A DNA stretch of 63,938 bases, counting the filler, from an uncultured bacterium (lineage in GTDB: Bacteria > Latescibacterota > UBA2968): assembly GCA_964471275.1 (NCBI GenBank). It is 4 parts of 4 records of this genome, joined end to end, with 100 filler letters (N's around TTAATTAATTAA, not from the genome) between each part and the next. Parts side by side here need not be neighbours in the genome. Positions count along the whole stretch, not along the records: positions 1 to 18,374 come from CAYYGZ010000069.1; 3 more parts are not named here. One strand, written 5' to 3'. The notes below the pieces were generated by a model. The model worked only from the letters and a program-made list of their open reading frames with translations. It was not told the origin of the DNA and searched no databases. This document shows, piece after piece, positions 1 through 10,554 of this stretch (the stretch's first letter is position 1; every line of letters starts with the position of its first letter). Position numbers and translations under genes: made by a program.

Positions 1-492
1 CAATCACATACGGTTGCATTACCGATGCAAAAGAGCGAACGCTCTCCAGCCACCGGACTCGATCCTGGTAGGGAATCCGTTCTAGCCTGTAAACCGCCTG
101 GTCCACGTCCGTATCCCCATCTGCACCAAGCGACTCACCCCAGATTCGCTGATAGAGCACACGGATCACGCCAAAACACTCACCGCCGTCCAGATGCCTG
201 TAGACATCGGGCAAACGAGATGATCTCTCCCTGACCGCGTGTGTATTCCGAAACCACATTTGTGAAGTAGTCCAGGATNNNNNNNNNNTCACGGACGATC
301 GGCTTCAGGGCCCCGTATAGTCTCACATAGGTGTCGAAATCCCAGAGGCAGATCGTGTGATGGGCGGTTGCGTGATCTAGGAGTGCGCTCACCACGACAT
401 CCTTCCGAACGTCTCTCGCAAGCGCCTCACTCGACATCCGCCATTCGGTATTCGGTATTCTGCCCCGTTCGCCCTGTCCATAGATACTGCTT

Positions 493-1329
493 CTAGACTC
501 CCGAGAAGGCCGAGAATCCTCCATCCACCGGCACCACGATTCCAGTCACAAATGCCGCCGCCGCTGAAGCCAGCCAACATACCGCCCCTGCCACATCCTC
601 GGGATCTCCCATTCGTCCCATCGGCGTATGGTCGACCACTGTCTGTCCCCGCTCGGTAAACCCGCCAGTCTCCCTGTCAAACAGCAGATACCGATTCTGA
701 TCTGTCACAAAGAACCCCGGCGCGATCGCATTCACACGGACCTTCGGTGTATACTCCTGCGCCACGTGAACGGCCAGCCACTGCGTGAAATTCGCAACTG
801 CCGCCTTCGCAGATGAGTAACCCGGGATCCGCGTCAGCGGCCGGATCGCGTTCATGGACGCGGTGTTGATCACGGAGCCACCCTCCAGATTCTCGATCAT
901 CCCCTCCAGAAACACCTGTGTCGGCAGGATCGCCCCACCAAACAGGTTAATCGCGAACGCTTTCTCGAACGCATCGATCGGCAGATCGAAGAACGTACGG
1001 CCCTCGGTCGTGCTCGCCTCCGGCAGATTCCCGCCAACGAGGTTCACCAGAATGTCGACCGTTCCGTGTTCCGCAAGAACACGATCCCGGCACGCCGCAA
1101 GTGAATCCTTCGACAGCGCGTCGACCGCCTGTCCCTCTGCCGACCAGCCCTCCTTCGTCAATTTCCCTGCCCCCTGATCAGCCTTCTCCCGCGTCACATC
1201 GCAGACCACCGCGTGCGCACCGACCATTGCCAGTCCACGAGCCGCCGCCATCCCGATCGCACCGCCTCCCCCAATCAGAACCGCCGTCTTCCCCTCCAAC
1301 GAAAACTGTCCAAAATCTGCCATCACCAT
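493..1329 (-). CDS. uxuB: SDR oxidoreductase, D-mannonate oxidoreductase/fructuronate reductase (Bacillus UxuB)-like
   Basis: GGGGAIG Rossmann motif, YSSAK catalytic motif, PLTRIPGYS..NFTQWLAVH and RVNAIAPGFF..QNR segments typical of UxuB-like SDRs; start at ATG 1329 or 1323. Symbol is tentative. Confidence 0.8.
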   Translation of the reverse strand: MVMADFGQFSLEGKTAVLIGGGGAIGMAAARGLAMVGAHAVVCDVTREKADQGAGKLTKEGWSAEGQAVDALSKDSLAACRDRVLAEHGTVDILVNLVGGNLPEASTTEGRTFFDLPIDAFEKAFAINLFGGAILPTQVFLEGMIENLEGGSVINTASMNAIRPLTRIPGYSSAKAAVANFTQWLAVHVAQEYTPKVRVNAIAPGFFVTDQNRYLLFDRETGGFTERGQTVVDHTPMGRMGDPEDVAGAVCWLASAAAAFVTGIVVPVDGGFSAFSGV

Positions 1330-1405
1330 CTCCCCTGCCCTGACAACCACCAAACCTCAAGTGGTTAGGTCTCACGCCTGTCCGCCTCTTCTTCCGCTCG
1401 CCTCC

Positions 1406-2236
1406 TCACCTGATCGCCTGCTCGTCTCCCCTCCTCTTCGCCTCCTCCGCTTGATCCCTCGCCACGTATCCGATCTTGTCCCCTGCGTCCTCGATATCCA
1501 CCCACCGAAGTGCGCTGTCCGACATTCCGTAGAAAATATCGTATCGCAGATCTTCCGGCGCGTTCACGCAGCACTCCGTGATCTCGACGATGTCCCGTTG
1601 GCTGCACCAGATATCTCCCGAGTTTTCGCGTGGGGGTCTGTCCTCGCCAAGCACCCACCCGATTCGAATGCAGAGACAGCTCAGTTCGTGGACATCCGAG
1701 TAGAATCGTGCCACGGACTCACCCCATACCTTGCTCGAGGCGTAGATATTGGTCGGCCGCGTCGGCATCTCTTTGGTCACGATCGGTAGTGGATCGGGCA
1801 GACCGTCGACCACTCCCTGAGAGATCGCGTGATACGGCTCTTCATAGGCGCGGTAGCCACCCGACACCTGGATCGAGCTCGCATACACGATGCGCGACAC
1901 CCCTGCGAGTCGACACGCTTCGAAAGCATTGTAGCCGCCGATAAGGTTCGACTTCAGAACGCTCTCCCACCCTCCCGCGCCGCTCGGATCCGCCGCCATA
2001 TGCACAACCACGTCCATCCCCTCGAAAGCTCTGGTCATCTGGTCGAGATCCTGCATGTCCGACAGCGTGAACTTCTCCTCAGGCACATCAATCACGCGGT
2101 CCGCTGCTACCCTCGCCGAATCCTGGCGTCGTCGAGCCAACCCATACACGTCATACGTATCCGGATCGCGGGTAAGCTTATTGTAGACTGCCCCTGCGAT
2201 CAGCCCATAGACGCCGGTGATCATAACTTTTTTCAT
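1406..2236 (-). CDS. NAD-dependent epimerase/dehydratase family (uronate dehydrogenase-like)
   Basis: ITGVYGLIA, YASS, YASSK, CLCIRIGWV, WCSQRD motifs. Confidence 0.8.
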   Translation of the reverse strand: MKKVMITGVYGLIAGAVYNKLTRDPDTYDVYGLARRRQDSARVAADRVIDVPEEKFTLSDMQDLDQMTRAFEGMDVVVHMAADPSGAGGWESVLKSNLIGGYNAFEACRLAGVSRIVYASSIQVSGGYRAYEEPYHAISQGVVDGLPDPLPIVTKEMPTRPTNIYASSKVWGESVARFYSDVHELSCLCIRIGWVLGEDRPPRENSGDIWCSQRDIVEITECCVNAPEDLRYDIFYGMSDSALRWVDIEDAGDKIGYVARDQAEEAKRRGDEQAIR

Positions 2237-2341
2237 TCGTGAGTCCTGGAACCTGTTCGTATCTGTCTCTTTGTGTGAGACGGCAGACGTGAAACGACAG
2301 AAGGCGGCTGTCCCCTTCTACCAGTTTTCAGTTGTCAGTTG

Positions 2342-3130
2342 TCATAGGCTGGCCTCCGCCCTGTCTTCGGGCGTGTAGCCGATCTCTTCACCCCGCTTCA
2401 CGTCCACCCAGCAGTTCACATTGTTGGAGATCCCGTAGAAGATGTCGAAACGGAGTGAATCCGGAGCATCCACACATCGCTCGATTATCTGAACGATATC
2501 CCTCTGGCTGCACCAGACCGGCGCGATCGGCGAGCCTTGCGGGCTGTCCTGTGCGTTCACCCAGCCGATGCGAATGCATAAACACGACATCCCTTTGGCA
2601 TCTGAATAGGTGCGGGCCAGGGCCTCACCCCACACCTTGCTTGCCGAATAGGGTTCGGTCGGTCGCGGCGGATCCTGTACGGTGATGATACGCATATCTT
2701 CCGGGACATCCTCGAATCGCCCTTCACGAATCGCCTTATAGGGCTCTTCCTCCCAGTATCCCCAGTTCGTCATGATCGAACTCGCATACACGATTCGCTT
2801 CACGCCCGCATCGTGGCAAGCTTCGAACACGTTGTATGCACCGATCATGTTGCTGCTCAGGATGTTCTCCCATTCCGTATCCGGACGAGGGTCTGCCGCC
2901 ATCTGCACGACCACATCCATCCCCTCGACCGCCTTGCGAACCGCCTGATAGTCCGTCAGATCCGCAAGGAAGAAGTGGTCCTCCGGTACGTAGATGGCTT
3001 CGTCTTCCGCAACACGTACAGACGGCTCTCTCCGTCTGGCCAATGCATATGTCTCGTCACCGCGATTCCTGAATCGCTTGAAGGCTTCCCACGCGATCAA
3101 ACCATAGGCGCCCGTTACGAGGATCTTCAT
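2342..3130 (-). CDS. NAD-dependent epimerase/dehydratase family (uronate dehydrogenase-like), tandem paralog
   Basis: VTGAYGLIA, YSASKVWGE, CLCIRIGWV, WCSQRDIV shared with the neighbouring gene. Confidence 0.8.
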   Translation of the reverse strand: MKILVTGAYGLIAWEAFKRFRNRGDETYALARRREPSVRVAEDEAIYVPEDHFFLADLTDYQAVRKAVEGMDVVVQMAADPRPDTEWENILSSNMIGAYNVFEACHDAGVKRIVYASSIMTNWGYWEEEPYKAIREGRFEDVPEDMRIITVQDPPRPTEPYSASKVWGEALARTYSDAKGMSCLCIRIGWVNAQDSPQGSPIAPVWCSQRDIVQIIERCVDAPDSLRFDIFYGISNNVNCWVDVKRGEEIGYTPEDRAEASL

Positions 3131-3231
3131 TTATTTCTCCACGTAAGAAAAGGTTCAGGATGAAACCTAAGGGCAGAGATCAGGAATCTGCACGACACGT
3201 TTCCTCTGAGGCGTCCGTCTTGCCTGCCCCC

Positions 3232-5232
3232 CTACCAACGATGCACCAGGTGCCCTTCGCCAAGGAAGAACACCACATCCACAACGAAGATCAGCGCGAT
3301 CCCGAGCACATAGCCCAGCAGCATCCCCATGAACAGCGGCATCACGCGTCGATACAGGGCAATACCCCCGGTCTTCAACAGAATAATCTTGGTAAGCCAG
3401 ACCAGGAAGATGCTGAAAACCTGGTGTGTAAGCACGCCAGTGGGGAAGACCGTCAGACCAATCGGACTGAGCGGCCACCAAAGGTAGCGGTATCTGAGAA
3501 GACTGCAGATGCCAGCAAGGGCCGCCCCGATTCCGAAGAAACCCACACGGGGCAGACTGAGATCAAAGGGCTTGAGCATCTTCTGGACGACCGTGGTAAA
3601 GATCGTCCGGTTTCCCGCGTTGAACGTGTATACGTTAAAGTTGTAGGCGCCGTGTGTATAACCAAGATGGAGAGTGTAGATCGCTGATATGAGGAGTGAA
3701 ACAAGGAGAGCGATGACCACCGCCCCGAAGAGGGTTCGCGTCTTCAATTTGATCTCGGCGCCGAGCTTGGCGATATGCGTGAGCGTGGTCGCGCCGAATG
3801 TGTTCCCCAGACCGAAGGTCACATAGGATAGGCCGAGCGATGCCGCAGCCGTCGACTCCATCTCGCGAATCCCGAGCGTGTAGAACGTGAAGCTCTGGGG
3901 CGTGATCGGCATGCGCGCATACATAAGCCCCGATTCCGAGACGATCCTCGAAACACCAATGATCATGATCACAAGGGCAAACAGGTAGACGCCGGCCACA
4001 TCGAGAGTCATCCCCGAACGCCAGAGCCAGAAGAGCATAAACACCGTGCCCAGACCGCCTGCAAACAGTGACACGCGGTAACTCATGAATTCTTCTGAGT
4101 CATCTATTTCCGGGTCGTCGTGGATAACCTTTCGCAGGACACGACCAAGATGCTCTCGAGCCATCCAGAGCCCGACACTTGTGAACGTGAAGAAAGCCCC
4201 CATTGCCTGCCACCCGAGAGCTGCCCCACCACGAGAACCCCAGATATCTGATGCGCCGATCGTGTATCCGAGACGCTCGAACACGCCGGTCTGGATCACA
4301 CCCAGCAGGTAGAAGAACCAGAGACTGAAGAGGACGTCAAGATTCGTGAAGTATGAGAATCCGATGATGAAGAAGTGAAGCTTTAGGCGAAGAGAAGGAA
4401 ATCCCCGACCGAGCGGCATGTTGTGCGAAGCCATCAGCCGGATCTCTGGCACCAAGTGTGAGAAATACCCGGCAATATTCCAGATGATCACAAAGAGCGG
4501 GATTAAGAGGCCAACCCAGAACAGACGGTTCTTGACCAGCACAGGTACGCCTGCCCTACCCTCGTGCTCCTCCGTCATCGCCAGAGGGGCCTCGGCCAGC
4601 GGGAAGGGCAGACGTTCGCGATCCACCCACTGGTGCCTCAGGATGGCGACAATGGCACTCGTAACGAGTGCCAGCGCCATCAGGAACAGGCCCCACCAGA
4701 GCAGGGGGCCAATCCAGGCATCCCAGGGGATCATCGCATCCGAGGGTTTGCCCTCGAAGAACCAGGTCATCTCCTCCGCCTGGTTTGATGGCACTGCCCA
4801 CTTGGGAAGGTAGTCCAACAGAAGTTCGCCCCAACGATTCTCCGGTGTGGCGTAATAATAGGGTGCGGCGACACCACCGATCAGCAGCCCCATGAAGTTC
4901 GCTGCCGGGATGGAGGCACTAATCCAGGCCATACAGAACACGACGATCATCTCGCCGCGTCGCAAGGCCCAGGAACGCCGAAGGGCCCCGACGACCGCGT
5001 TCAGCGGCCAGGCGACCGCCGTAAACACAACCATTGCCGCCATCGGAAGATGGGCAAACACCATCCTCGAGGAGTGCACGATGTAAGCGCTGTATGCAGG
5101 AAGCAGATTGACGAGGCAGGTGACAACCAGACCGATGGTGAAAGCTTTTAGCGTAATCCTACCGGCATGTAGATCCGCCTCAGCACCCGGAGCATCCTGG
5201 GCGGATGAAATGTCTGAATCGATAAGCGCCAT
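3232..5232 (-). CDS. Large polytopic membrane protein, DUF6785/DUF6784-like (putative transporter)
   Basis: About 666 aa with many hydrophobic segments; PYYYATPENRW, RHQWVDRERLPFPL and WWPLSPIG motifs; ATG 5232 preferred over the upstream TTG. Confidence 0.65.
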   Translation of the reverse strand: MALIDSDISSAQDAPGAEADLHAGRITLKAFTIGLVVTCLVNLLPAYSAYIVHSSRMVFAHLPMAAMVVFTAVAWPLNAVVGALRRSWALRRGEMIVVFCMAWISASIPAANFMGLLIGGVAAPYYYATPENRWGELLLDYLPKWAVPSNQAEEMTWFFEGKPSDAMIPWDAWIGPLLWWGLFLMALALVTSAIVAILRHQWVDRERLPFPLAEAPLAMTEEHEGRAGVPVLVKNRLFWVGLLIPLFVIIWNIAGYFSHLVPEIRLMASHNMPLGRGFPSLRLKLHFFIIGFSYFTNLDVLFSLWFFYLLGVIQTGVFERLGYTIGASDIWGSRGGAALGWQAMGAFFTFTSVGLWMAREHLGRVLRKVIHDDPEIDDSEEFMSYRVSLFAGGLGTVFMLFWLWRSGMTLDVAGVYLFALVIMIIGVSRIVSESGLMYARMPITPQSFTFYTLGIREMESTAAASLGLSYVTFGLGNTFGATTLTHIAKLGAEIKLKTRTLFGAVVIALLVSLLISAIYTLHLGYTHGAYNFNVYTFNAGNRTIFTTVVQKMLKPFDLSLPRVGFFGIGAALAGICSLLRYRYLWWPLSPIGLTVFPTGVLTHQVFSIFLVWLTKIILLKTGGIALYRRVMPLFMGMLLGYVLGIALIFVVDVVFFLGEGHLVHRW

Positions 5233-5470
5233 AGATCCGTCTAAAGTGCTTGAAACAATGGGTTTGTCAATCCAAAAACAAGCTGACAACCTGCGATGAC
5301 CGGTCAGAAATCGAAAGACATTGACCGTCGCAGACCGACTGCATAACTTAGCCGCCGCTTGACCCTCCCTCACGTCCCTTCAGGACGACGAACCAGCTGT
5401 ATCCAGTCGTGCAAGGCACGATTCGTTCCCCGGCTACCCTACCTCATCTCCCAGGGAGACACCTCATCCC

Positions 5471-6211
5471 ATGCGATACAAGCGTATCCTACTCAAGCTC
5501 AGCGGCGGCGCAGTCTCAGGCGACCGCGATTTCGGGTTCGATCCTGAAGCCCTCGAATACATCGCGGACGAAATTCTGACACTCCACGATGCGGGTATGC
5601 AGGTCGGAATGGTCATTGGTGGAGGGAACATCTTCCGCGGATCGCTGGGAGCGCAATGGGGTATCGATCGGTCGGAAGCCGACAACATCGGGATGCTGGG
5701 GACCATCATCAACGCACTGATGCTCAGGGGAGTGCTGAGCGCAAAGAGACCCGAAGTCGAAACCCGTGTGATGACGGCCATCCCGATCAACTCGGTTGCC
5801 GAACCGTTTATCCGTCTTCGGGCCACACACCATCTGGACAAGGGATACCTCGTCATCTTCGCGGGCGGCATCGGTAATCCCTATGTCACCACGGACTATC
5901 CCGGCGTCCAGAGAGCACTCGAGATCCGGGCGGATGCCATCCTCTACGCAAAACACCGCACGGACGGTGTCCACAACGACGATCCCAACAAGAACCCGGA
6001 CAGCAAGCGTTACCAGCAGATCAGCTACTCGACCGTCATCCATCAAAATCTCGGCGCACTCGATCAGGGCGCTGTTATTCTCGCTCGCGACAACGGCCTC
6101 CCGATCCACGTTTTCGATTTCGACCAGCAGGGCTCTATGAAACGCGTCATCGACGGCGAGAACGTCGGGACGCTGATCGGCAACGTCCACGAAGACATCC
6201 TCGCCGACTGA
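5471..6211 (+). CDS. pyrH: UMP kinase (amino-acid-kinase fold)
   Basis: YKRILLKLSG, GGGNIFRG, ADNIGMLGTIIN, GNPYVTTD, DGV..DP motifs. Confidence 0.9.
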   Translation: MRYKRILLKLSGGAVSGDRDFGFDPEALEYIADEILTLHDAGMQVGMVIGGGNIFRGSLGAQWGIDRSEADNIGMLGTIINALMLRGVLSAKRPEVETRVMTAIPINSVAEPFIRLRATHHLDKGYLVIFAGGIGNPYVTTDYPGVQRALEIRADAILYAKHRTDGVHNDDPNKNPDSKRYQQISYSTVIHQNLGALDQGAVILARDNGLPIHVFDFDQQGSMKRVIDGENVGTLIGNVHEDILAD

Positions 6212-6214
6212 ACC

Positions 6215-7267
6215 GTGACCGAATCCCGTCCCACCCGGATCATCAACGCGGTGGCGCCGATCCGCGTGTGCGACAACGGAGGTTGGACAGACACCTGGTT
6301 CGCCGAGCACGGTAAAGTGTTCAACATCGGTGGCTACCCGTACGCTGAAGTACAGATCAAAGTCTTCCCCGCTGATCAAAAAGAAGACCGGATTGTCCTG
6401 CACGCCGAGAACTTCGGTGAGCGCTACGTTGTTCGCCCGGAGAATCTGGGATGGGATCGCCATCCCCTTCTTGAAGCGTCGATCGAACGTACGGGTGTTC
6501 CGGCTGATCTCGCCGTTCAGGTCACGATCTACAGTGAAGCACCGGCCGGTGGATCGACCGGCACATCCGCTGCCGTCACCGTCGCCCTCATCGGAGCCCT
6601 TGACGCCCTTACACCAGGTCGCCTAACGCCGCACGAAATCGCTCTCACCGCTCAATCTGTCGAGACCGACATGCTTAAGCAGCAGTGCGGTATCCAGGAC
6701 CAGATCAGCTCTGCCTACGGCGGCATCAACTACATCGACATGTTCGACTACCCGCACGCGTCCGTTTCACAGATTCACGTATCGAACGCGATCTGGTGGG
6801 AACTCGAACGTCGGTTGGTTCTGATCTACCTCGGAAAATCGCACGCCTCCTCCGGCGTCCACGAGAAAGTCATCCGGGAGCTCGAGGGTGCGGGGCCCGA
6901 CAGCCCCAAGTTGAGAGATCTACGCGAGACCGCACCGACTTCCCGCGACGCGGTCTATGCCGGTGACTTCCCCGCGCTCGGGCGTTCGATTATCCAGAAC
7001 ACCGAAGCTCAGGAAAGGCTCAACAGCGCGCTCATCAGCCCGGACGCCCAACGCATCATCGACATCGCGCGTGAGCACGATGCCATCGGGTATAAAGTCA
7101 ATGGTGCCGGGGGCGATGGCGGGTCACTCACACTTCTGTGCGATGATTCCTCGTCCGCAAAGCGCTCGATGATATCCGAAGTCGAATCCGACAACGCTCT
7201 CTACAAGAACATCCCAATCTACCTGAGCCGAACGGGACTGCGCACCTGGGATCAGACCCCTCGGTGA
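6215..7267 (+). CDS. GHMP sugar kinase (HddA heptose-7-phosphate kinase-like)
   Basis: APIR..GGWTD, PAGGSTGTSAA, CGIQDQ..AYGG, KVNGAGGDGG motifs. Confidence 0.8.
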   Translation: MTESRPTRIINAVAPIRVCDNGGWTDTWFAEHGKVFNIGGYPYAEVQIKVFPADQKEDRIVLHAENFGERYVVRPENLGWDRHPLLEASIERTGVPADLAVQVTIYSEAPAGGSTGTSAAVTVALIGALDALTPGRLTPHEIALTAQSVETDMLKQQCGIQDQISSAYGGINYIDMFDYPHASVSQIHVSNAIWWELERRLVLIYLGKSHASSGVHEKVIRELEGAGPDSPKLRDLRETAPTSRDAVYAGDFPALGRSIIQNTEAQERLNSALISPDAQRIIDIAREHDAIGYKVNGAGGDGGSLTLLCDDSSSAKRSMISEVESDNALYKNIPIYLSRTGLRTWDQTPR

Positions 7268-7550
7268 GCGGGGATTGCCCCAAGAGTGGATCATCTCCTG
7301 GCTTCCGGAAGAATGAATACCCCTTGGTAGAGCAACGGCGTTCCAAAAGTCCAGAAAAGGTGATCCAGGTTCCACGTAAAGGCCCGGCTGCCCCCAGTTC
7401 AGAATCAGGACGCTTCCTTCTCTCACTGCGGTCTCCGGCCGTTTGGAACCTGAAACACCCTTGATCTCTTGGAACGCTCTTAATCTTTTTTAACGCGCTT
7501 GAGCCCTCCCGCTGGCTAGCCAGCTTGTGGCTTCTTGAACACGGAGAAGA

Positions 7551-8834
7551 ATGATGAAGGTTTTACTTGTAGGTAAGGGCGGGCGAGAGAACGCGATCGC
7601 CTGGAAGATCGCTCAGAGCCCACGGCTCACGAAACTCTACTGTGCTCCCGGCAGCGCCGGCATGGCGCGCTATGGCGAGTGTCGCGACATCAACGTGATG
7701 GATATCGATGGGCAGATCGCCTATGCGAAAGAGGTTGCCGCAGACCTTGTCGTTATCGGGCCCGAGAACCCACTCGAGGCCGGGATCGCAGACCGGTTCG
7801 AGGAGGAGGGATTCAAAGTGTTCGGTCCCAGCGCGGCAGCAGCCAGGATCGAAACGGACAAGGATTTCGCACTCTCCCTGATGCACAAGTATGACATTCC
7901 GACGGGCGCCTTCGAAACATTCACCGATCCAGCTGCAGCCAAAGCCTATGTGAGTGAGCAGGGCGCCCCCATCGTCTTGAAGGCCGCGGGACTCGCTGCA
8001 GGGAAGGGCGTCATCGTGGCAACAACATTGGACGAAGCGCTGGCAGCTGTTGATGAGATACTCGTCGATGCAGCGTTTGGCGCTGCGGGCGCACGCCTTG
8101 TCGTCATGGAATTCCTCGACGGCGAAGAGGCATCCATCTTCGGCTTCACAGACGGCAAGGATCTCGTCTATTCGGTCTCGTCACAGGATCACAAGCGCAT
8201 CGGTGAAGGTGATACGGGCCCCAATACTGGCGGTATGGGTGCCTATGGACCGGCTCCCGTCGTCACACCGGAACTGGAGCAGGAAATCTACGATCGAATC
8301 ATGAAGCCCACGGTCGATGCGATGGCAGCGGAAGGAGCGCCCTTCAAGGGCATCCTGTATGGCGGCATTATCTTTACCGACAAGGGCCCTCAGGTCATCG
8401 AGTTCAACTGTCGTCTGGGAGACCCCGAAGCACAGGTTGTCCTGCCGCTGATGAAGACGGACATCCTCGACATCTTCGAAGCTGGCGTGAACGGCACAAT
8501 CGCGGATATCGAGATCGAGCTGGATGACGGAGCCGCCTGCTGTATCGTGATGGCCTCCGACGGCTACCCGGCGAAGTATGAACAGGGCTTCCCGATCTAC
8601 GGCATCGATGACGCGGAGGCCCTAGGTGATGTCACCGTCTTCCACGCGGGCACGGACAGCCGGGAAGGACAGCTTCTCACTGCCGGCGGCCGGGTGTTGG
8701 CAGTCACGGGTGCGGACAGGGATATCAAAAGCGCGATCGACAGAGCTTACAAGGCCGTGGTAGCCATCACATTCGAGAACCAATATATCCGTCGCGACAT
8801 CGGCTTCCGGGCGCTCGCACGGCTCGAGAGCTGA
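7551..8834 (+). CDS. purD: Phosphoribosylamine-glycine ligase
   Basis: GKGGRE, GPE.PL..G, GLAAGKGV, QDHKR..GDTGPNTGGMGAY, EFNCRLGDPE, GGRVL. Confidence 0.97.
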   Translation: MMKVLLVGKGGRENAIAWKIAQSPRLTKLYCAPGSAGMARYGECRDINVMDIDGQIAYAKEVAADLVVIGPENPLEAGIADRFEEEGFKVFGPSAAAARIETDKDFALSLMHKYDIPTGAFETFTDPAAAKAYVSEQGAPIVLKAAGLAAGKGVIVATTLDEALAAVDEILVDAAFGAAGARLVVMEFLDGEEASIFGFTDGKDLVYSVSSQDHKRIGEGDTGPNTGGMGAYGPAPVVTPELEQEIYDRIMKPTVDAMAAEGAPFKGILYGGIIFTDKGPQVIEFNCRLGDPEAQVVLPLMKTDILDIFEAGVNGTIADIEIELDDGAACCIVMASDGYPAKYEQGFPIYGIDDAEALGDVTVFHAGTDSREGQLLTAGGRVLAVTGADRDIKSAIDRAYKAVVAITFENQYIRRDIGFRALARLES

Positions 8835-8849
8835 GGAAGAGAGGACACT

Positions 8850-9956
8850 ATGTCTGCATACAGAGCAGCGGTCATCGGGCTCGGCAGGATGGGCAGTACC
8901 TTCGACGATGAAATGGAACAGGGCGGCGCCATCTTCACGCCATACTGCCACACACCGAGCTACGTCTCATCTACGCGGACGGAACTCATTGCCGGGGCAG
9001 ATCCGCACGATGAGCAGCGATCGATATACGGTAAGCGTTGGGGTCTCACCGAGGACCACCTGTATGCCGACTACCGTGAGATGCTAGAGCAGGAGAATCC
9101 GGACATCGTGAGCATCTGCACGACAGCTCGTGTCAGACATCAGATCCTGATCGATGTCGCGAGGTCGGGTGCCAAAGCCATCTGGGCGGAGAAGCCGCTG
9201 GCGCTCAGCCTGGTGGAGGCAGACGAAATGGTAGACGTCTGCGACGAGCTCGGGGTGAAGGTCGCGATCAACACGGCAAGAAGATACAATCCCTACTTCA
9301 CCGACATCCGTCGACGCATCGACGCGGGTGATCTCGGTAAAATCCTCCAGGTCAACGTCCATGGACAGTGCGGACTTTCGCACAACGGGAGCCACGCCAT
9401 CGATGTGTTGCGCTATCTGGCCAAAAGTGGAAATGTCGAATGGGTTTTCGGCGAAATGGAGTCGGATGAAGTCGCCGCCGGAGAGAACGATCTGCAAGGC
9501 AACGGCTACCTGGCCTTCGACAATGGAATCCGCGGGTTCCTCAGGGGGACTGCCTGTGGCGTCGCGAACTGGGATACGGACGTGATCGGTAGCGACGGTC
9601 GCGCTCGCACCTCATTCAACTGCGCGGTGAACGAATACACGCACCTCGCAGCAGGCGGCCCCAGGGAACGAGGGGTACCTATTACCTCACCCATCCCGAT
9701 GCCTGCTCAACTCGAGGGAATGGGCATTGTCATCATACGTGACCTCATCGGGTGCGTCGACAGCGACACGCAGCCCCGCGCCTCGATTCACGATGGTCGT
9801 CAGGCACTCGAAATCGCGATCGCCCTTCGCGAATCACATCGCCGGGGTGGCGTTCGCGTGAGGCTCCCGCTCGATGATCGCTCGCTGAAGATCCTCTCCA
9901 GCGAGATCCGAGGGGATGAGGAGCCCGCCCGTGTACGTCGTCTAAAGGCATCATAG
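8850..9956 (+). CDS. Gfo/Idh/MocA family oxidoreductase
   Basis: IGLGRMG, EKPLA, HNGSHAID motifs. Confidence 0.85.
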   Translation: MSAYRAAVIGLGRMGSTFDDEMEQGGAIFTPYCHTPSYVSSTRTELIAGADPHDEQRSIYGKRWGLTEDHLYADYREMLEQENPDIVSICTTARVRHQILIDVARSGAKAIWAEKPLALSLVEADEMVDVCDELGVKVAINTARRYNPYFTDIRRRIDAGDLGKILQVNVHGQCGLSHNGSHAIDVLRYLAKSGNVEWVFGEMESDEVAAGENDLQGNGYLAFDNGIRGFLRGTACGVANWDTDVIGSDGRARTSFNCAVNEYTHLAAGGPRERGVPITSPIPMPAQLEGMGIVIIRDLIGCVDSDTQPRASIHDGRQALEIAIALRESHRRGGVRVRLPLDDRSLKILSSEIRGDEEPARVRRLKAS

Positions 9957-9957
9957 C

Positions 9958-10554
9958 GTGGGCGCATCGCTCGCCATCAGAAGGATTCATCTCTACCTGG
10001 CGCTTTTCCTGACGCTCTGGATGCTGATGTATGCCGTCAGCACGGTCACGATGAATCATCGAAGCTGGTTCGAGCAGTATTACGGCGAACGCGCCGTCCA
10101 GTGGGAGAAGGTCTCGGAGGAGCGATTCGCATTCCCCAACCGTGACAGCCTCTCTCGTCAGGAAGCGGCAGAAAACATCCTCTCACATCTGGGTATCGAG
10201 GGCGCACACACCGTACGTGGCCGTCTCGAGCGTCGTATCACGATCACGCGCGAAAACCCCTGGGACACTCGGCGAGTCACACACACCGCGTCAGACAGTT
10301 TGCTCAAAGTAGAGCGACGCACCGGACGCCTGTCGGTGATCCTGGAGTCCCTGCACCGACGCCGCGGCTATCACCACTCGATCCTGTCCGAGGATCTCTG
10401 GGCCGTCTCCGTCGACCTGGTCATCGTGGCGATGTTGTTCTGGGCGGGGTCCGGAATCTGGTTGTGGTGGGAGATGTCCGTCACCCGGCAACTGGGCTCG
10501 ATTGCTCTCGTCGCGGGCTGCGTGCTCTACACCTTCTTCCTGGTCACGCTCTGA
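9958..10554 (+). CDS. PepSY-associated TM helix domain protein
   Basis: RRIHLYLALF N-terminal TM, LHRRRGY, SGIWLWW; about 3 TM segments. Confidence 0.7.
   Translation: MGASLAIRRIHLYLALFLTLWMLMYAVSTVTMNHRSWFEQYYGERAVQWEKVSEERFAFPNRDSLSRQEAAENILSHLGIEGAHTVRGRLERRITITRENPWDTRRVTHTASDSLLKVERRTGRLSVILESLHRRRGYHHSILSEDLWAVSVDLVIVAMLFWAGSGIWLWWEMSVTRQLGSIALVAGCVLYTFFLVTL

Noticed and set aside
1..490. ORFs 25-234, 180-524 and 389-580
   Set aside because: They span a 10-N gap or repeat-like DNA and show no recognisable motif; possibly a gene remnant, but not supportable
5516..6463. Long antisense ORFs (also 17022-18422, 35534-36484, 39841-40731, 43388-44203, 59462-60364)
   Set aside because: Shadow frames of well-supported genes in GC-rich DNA
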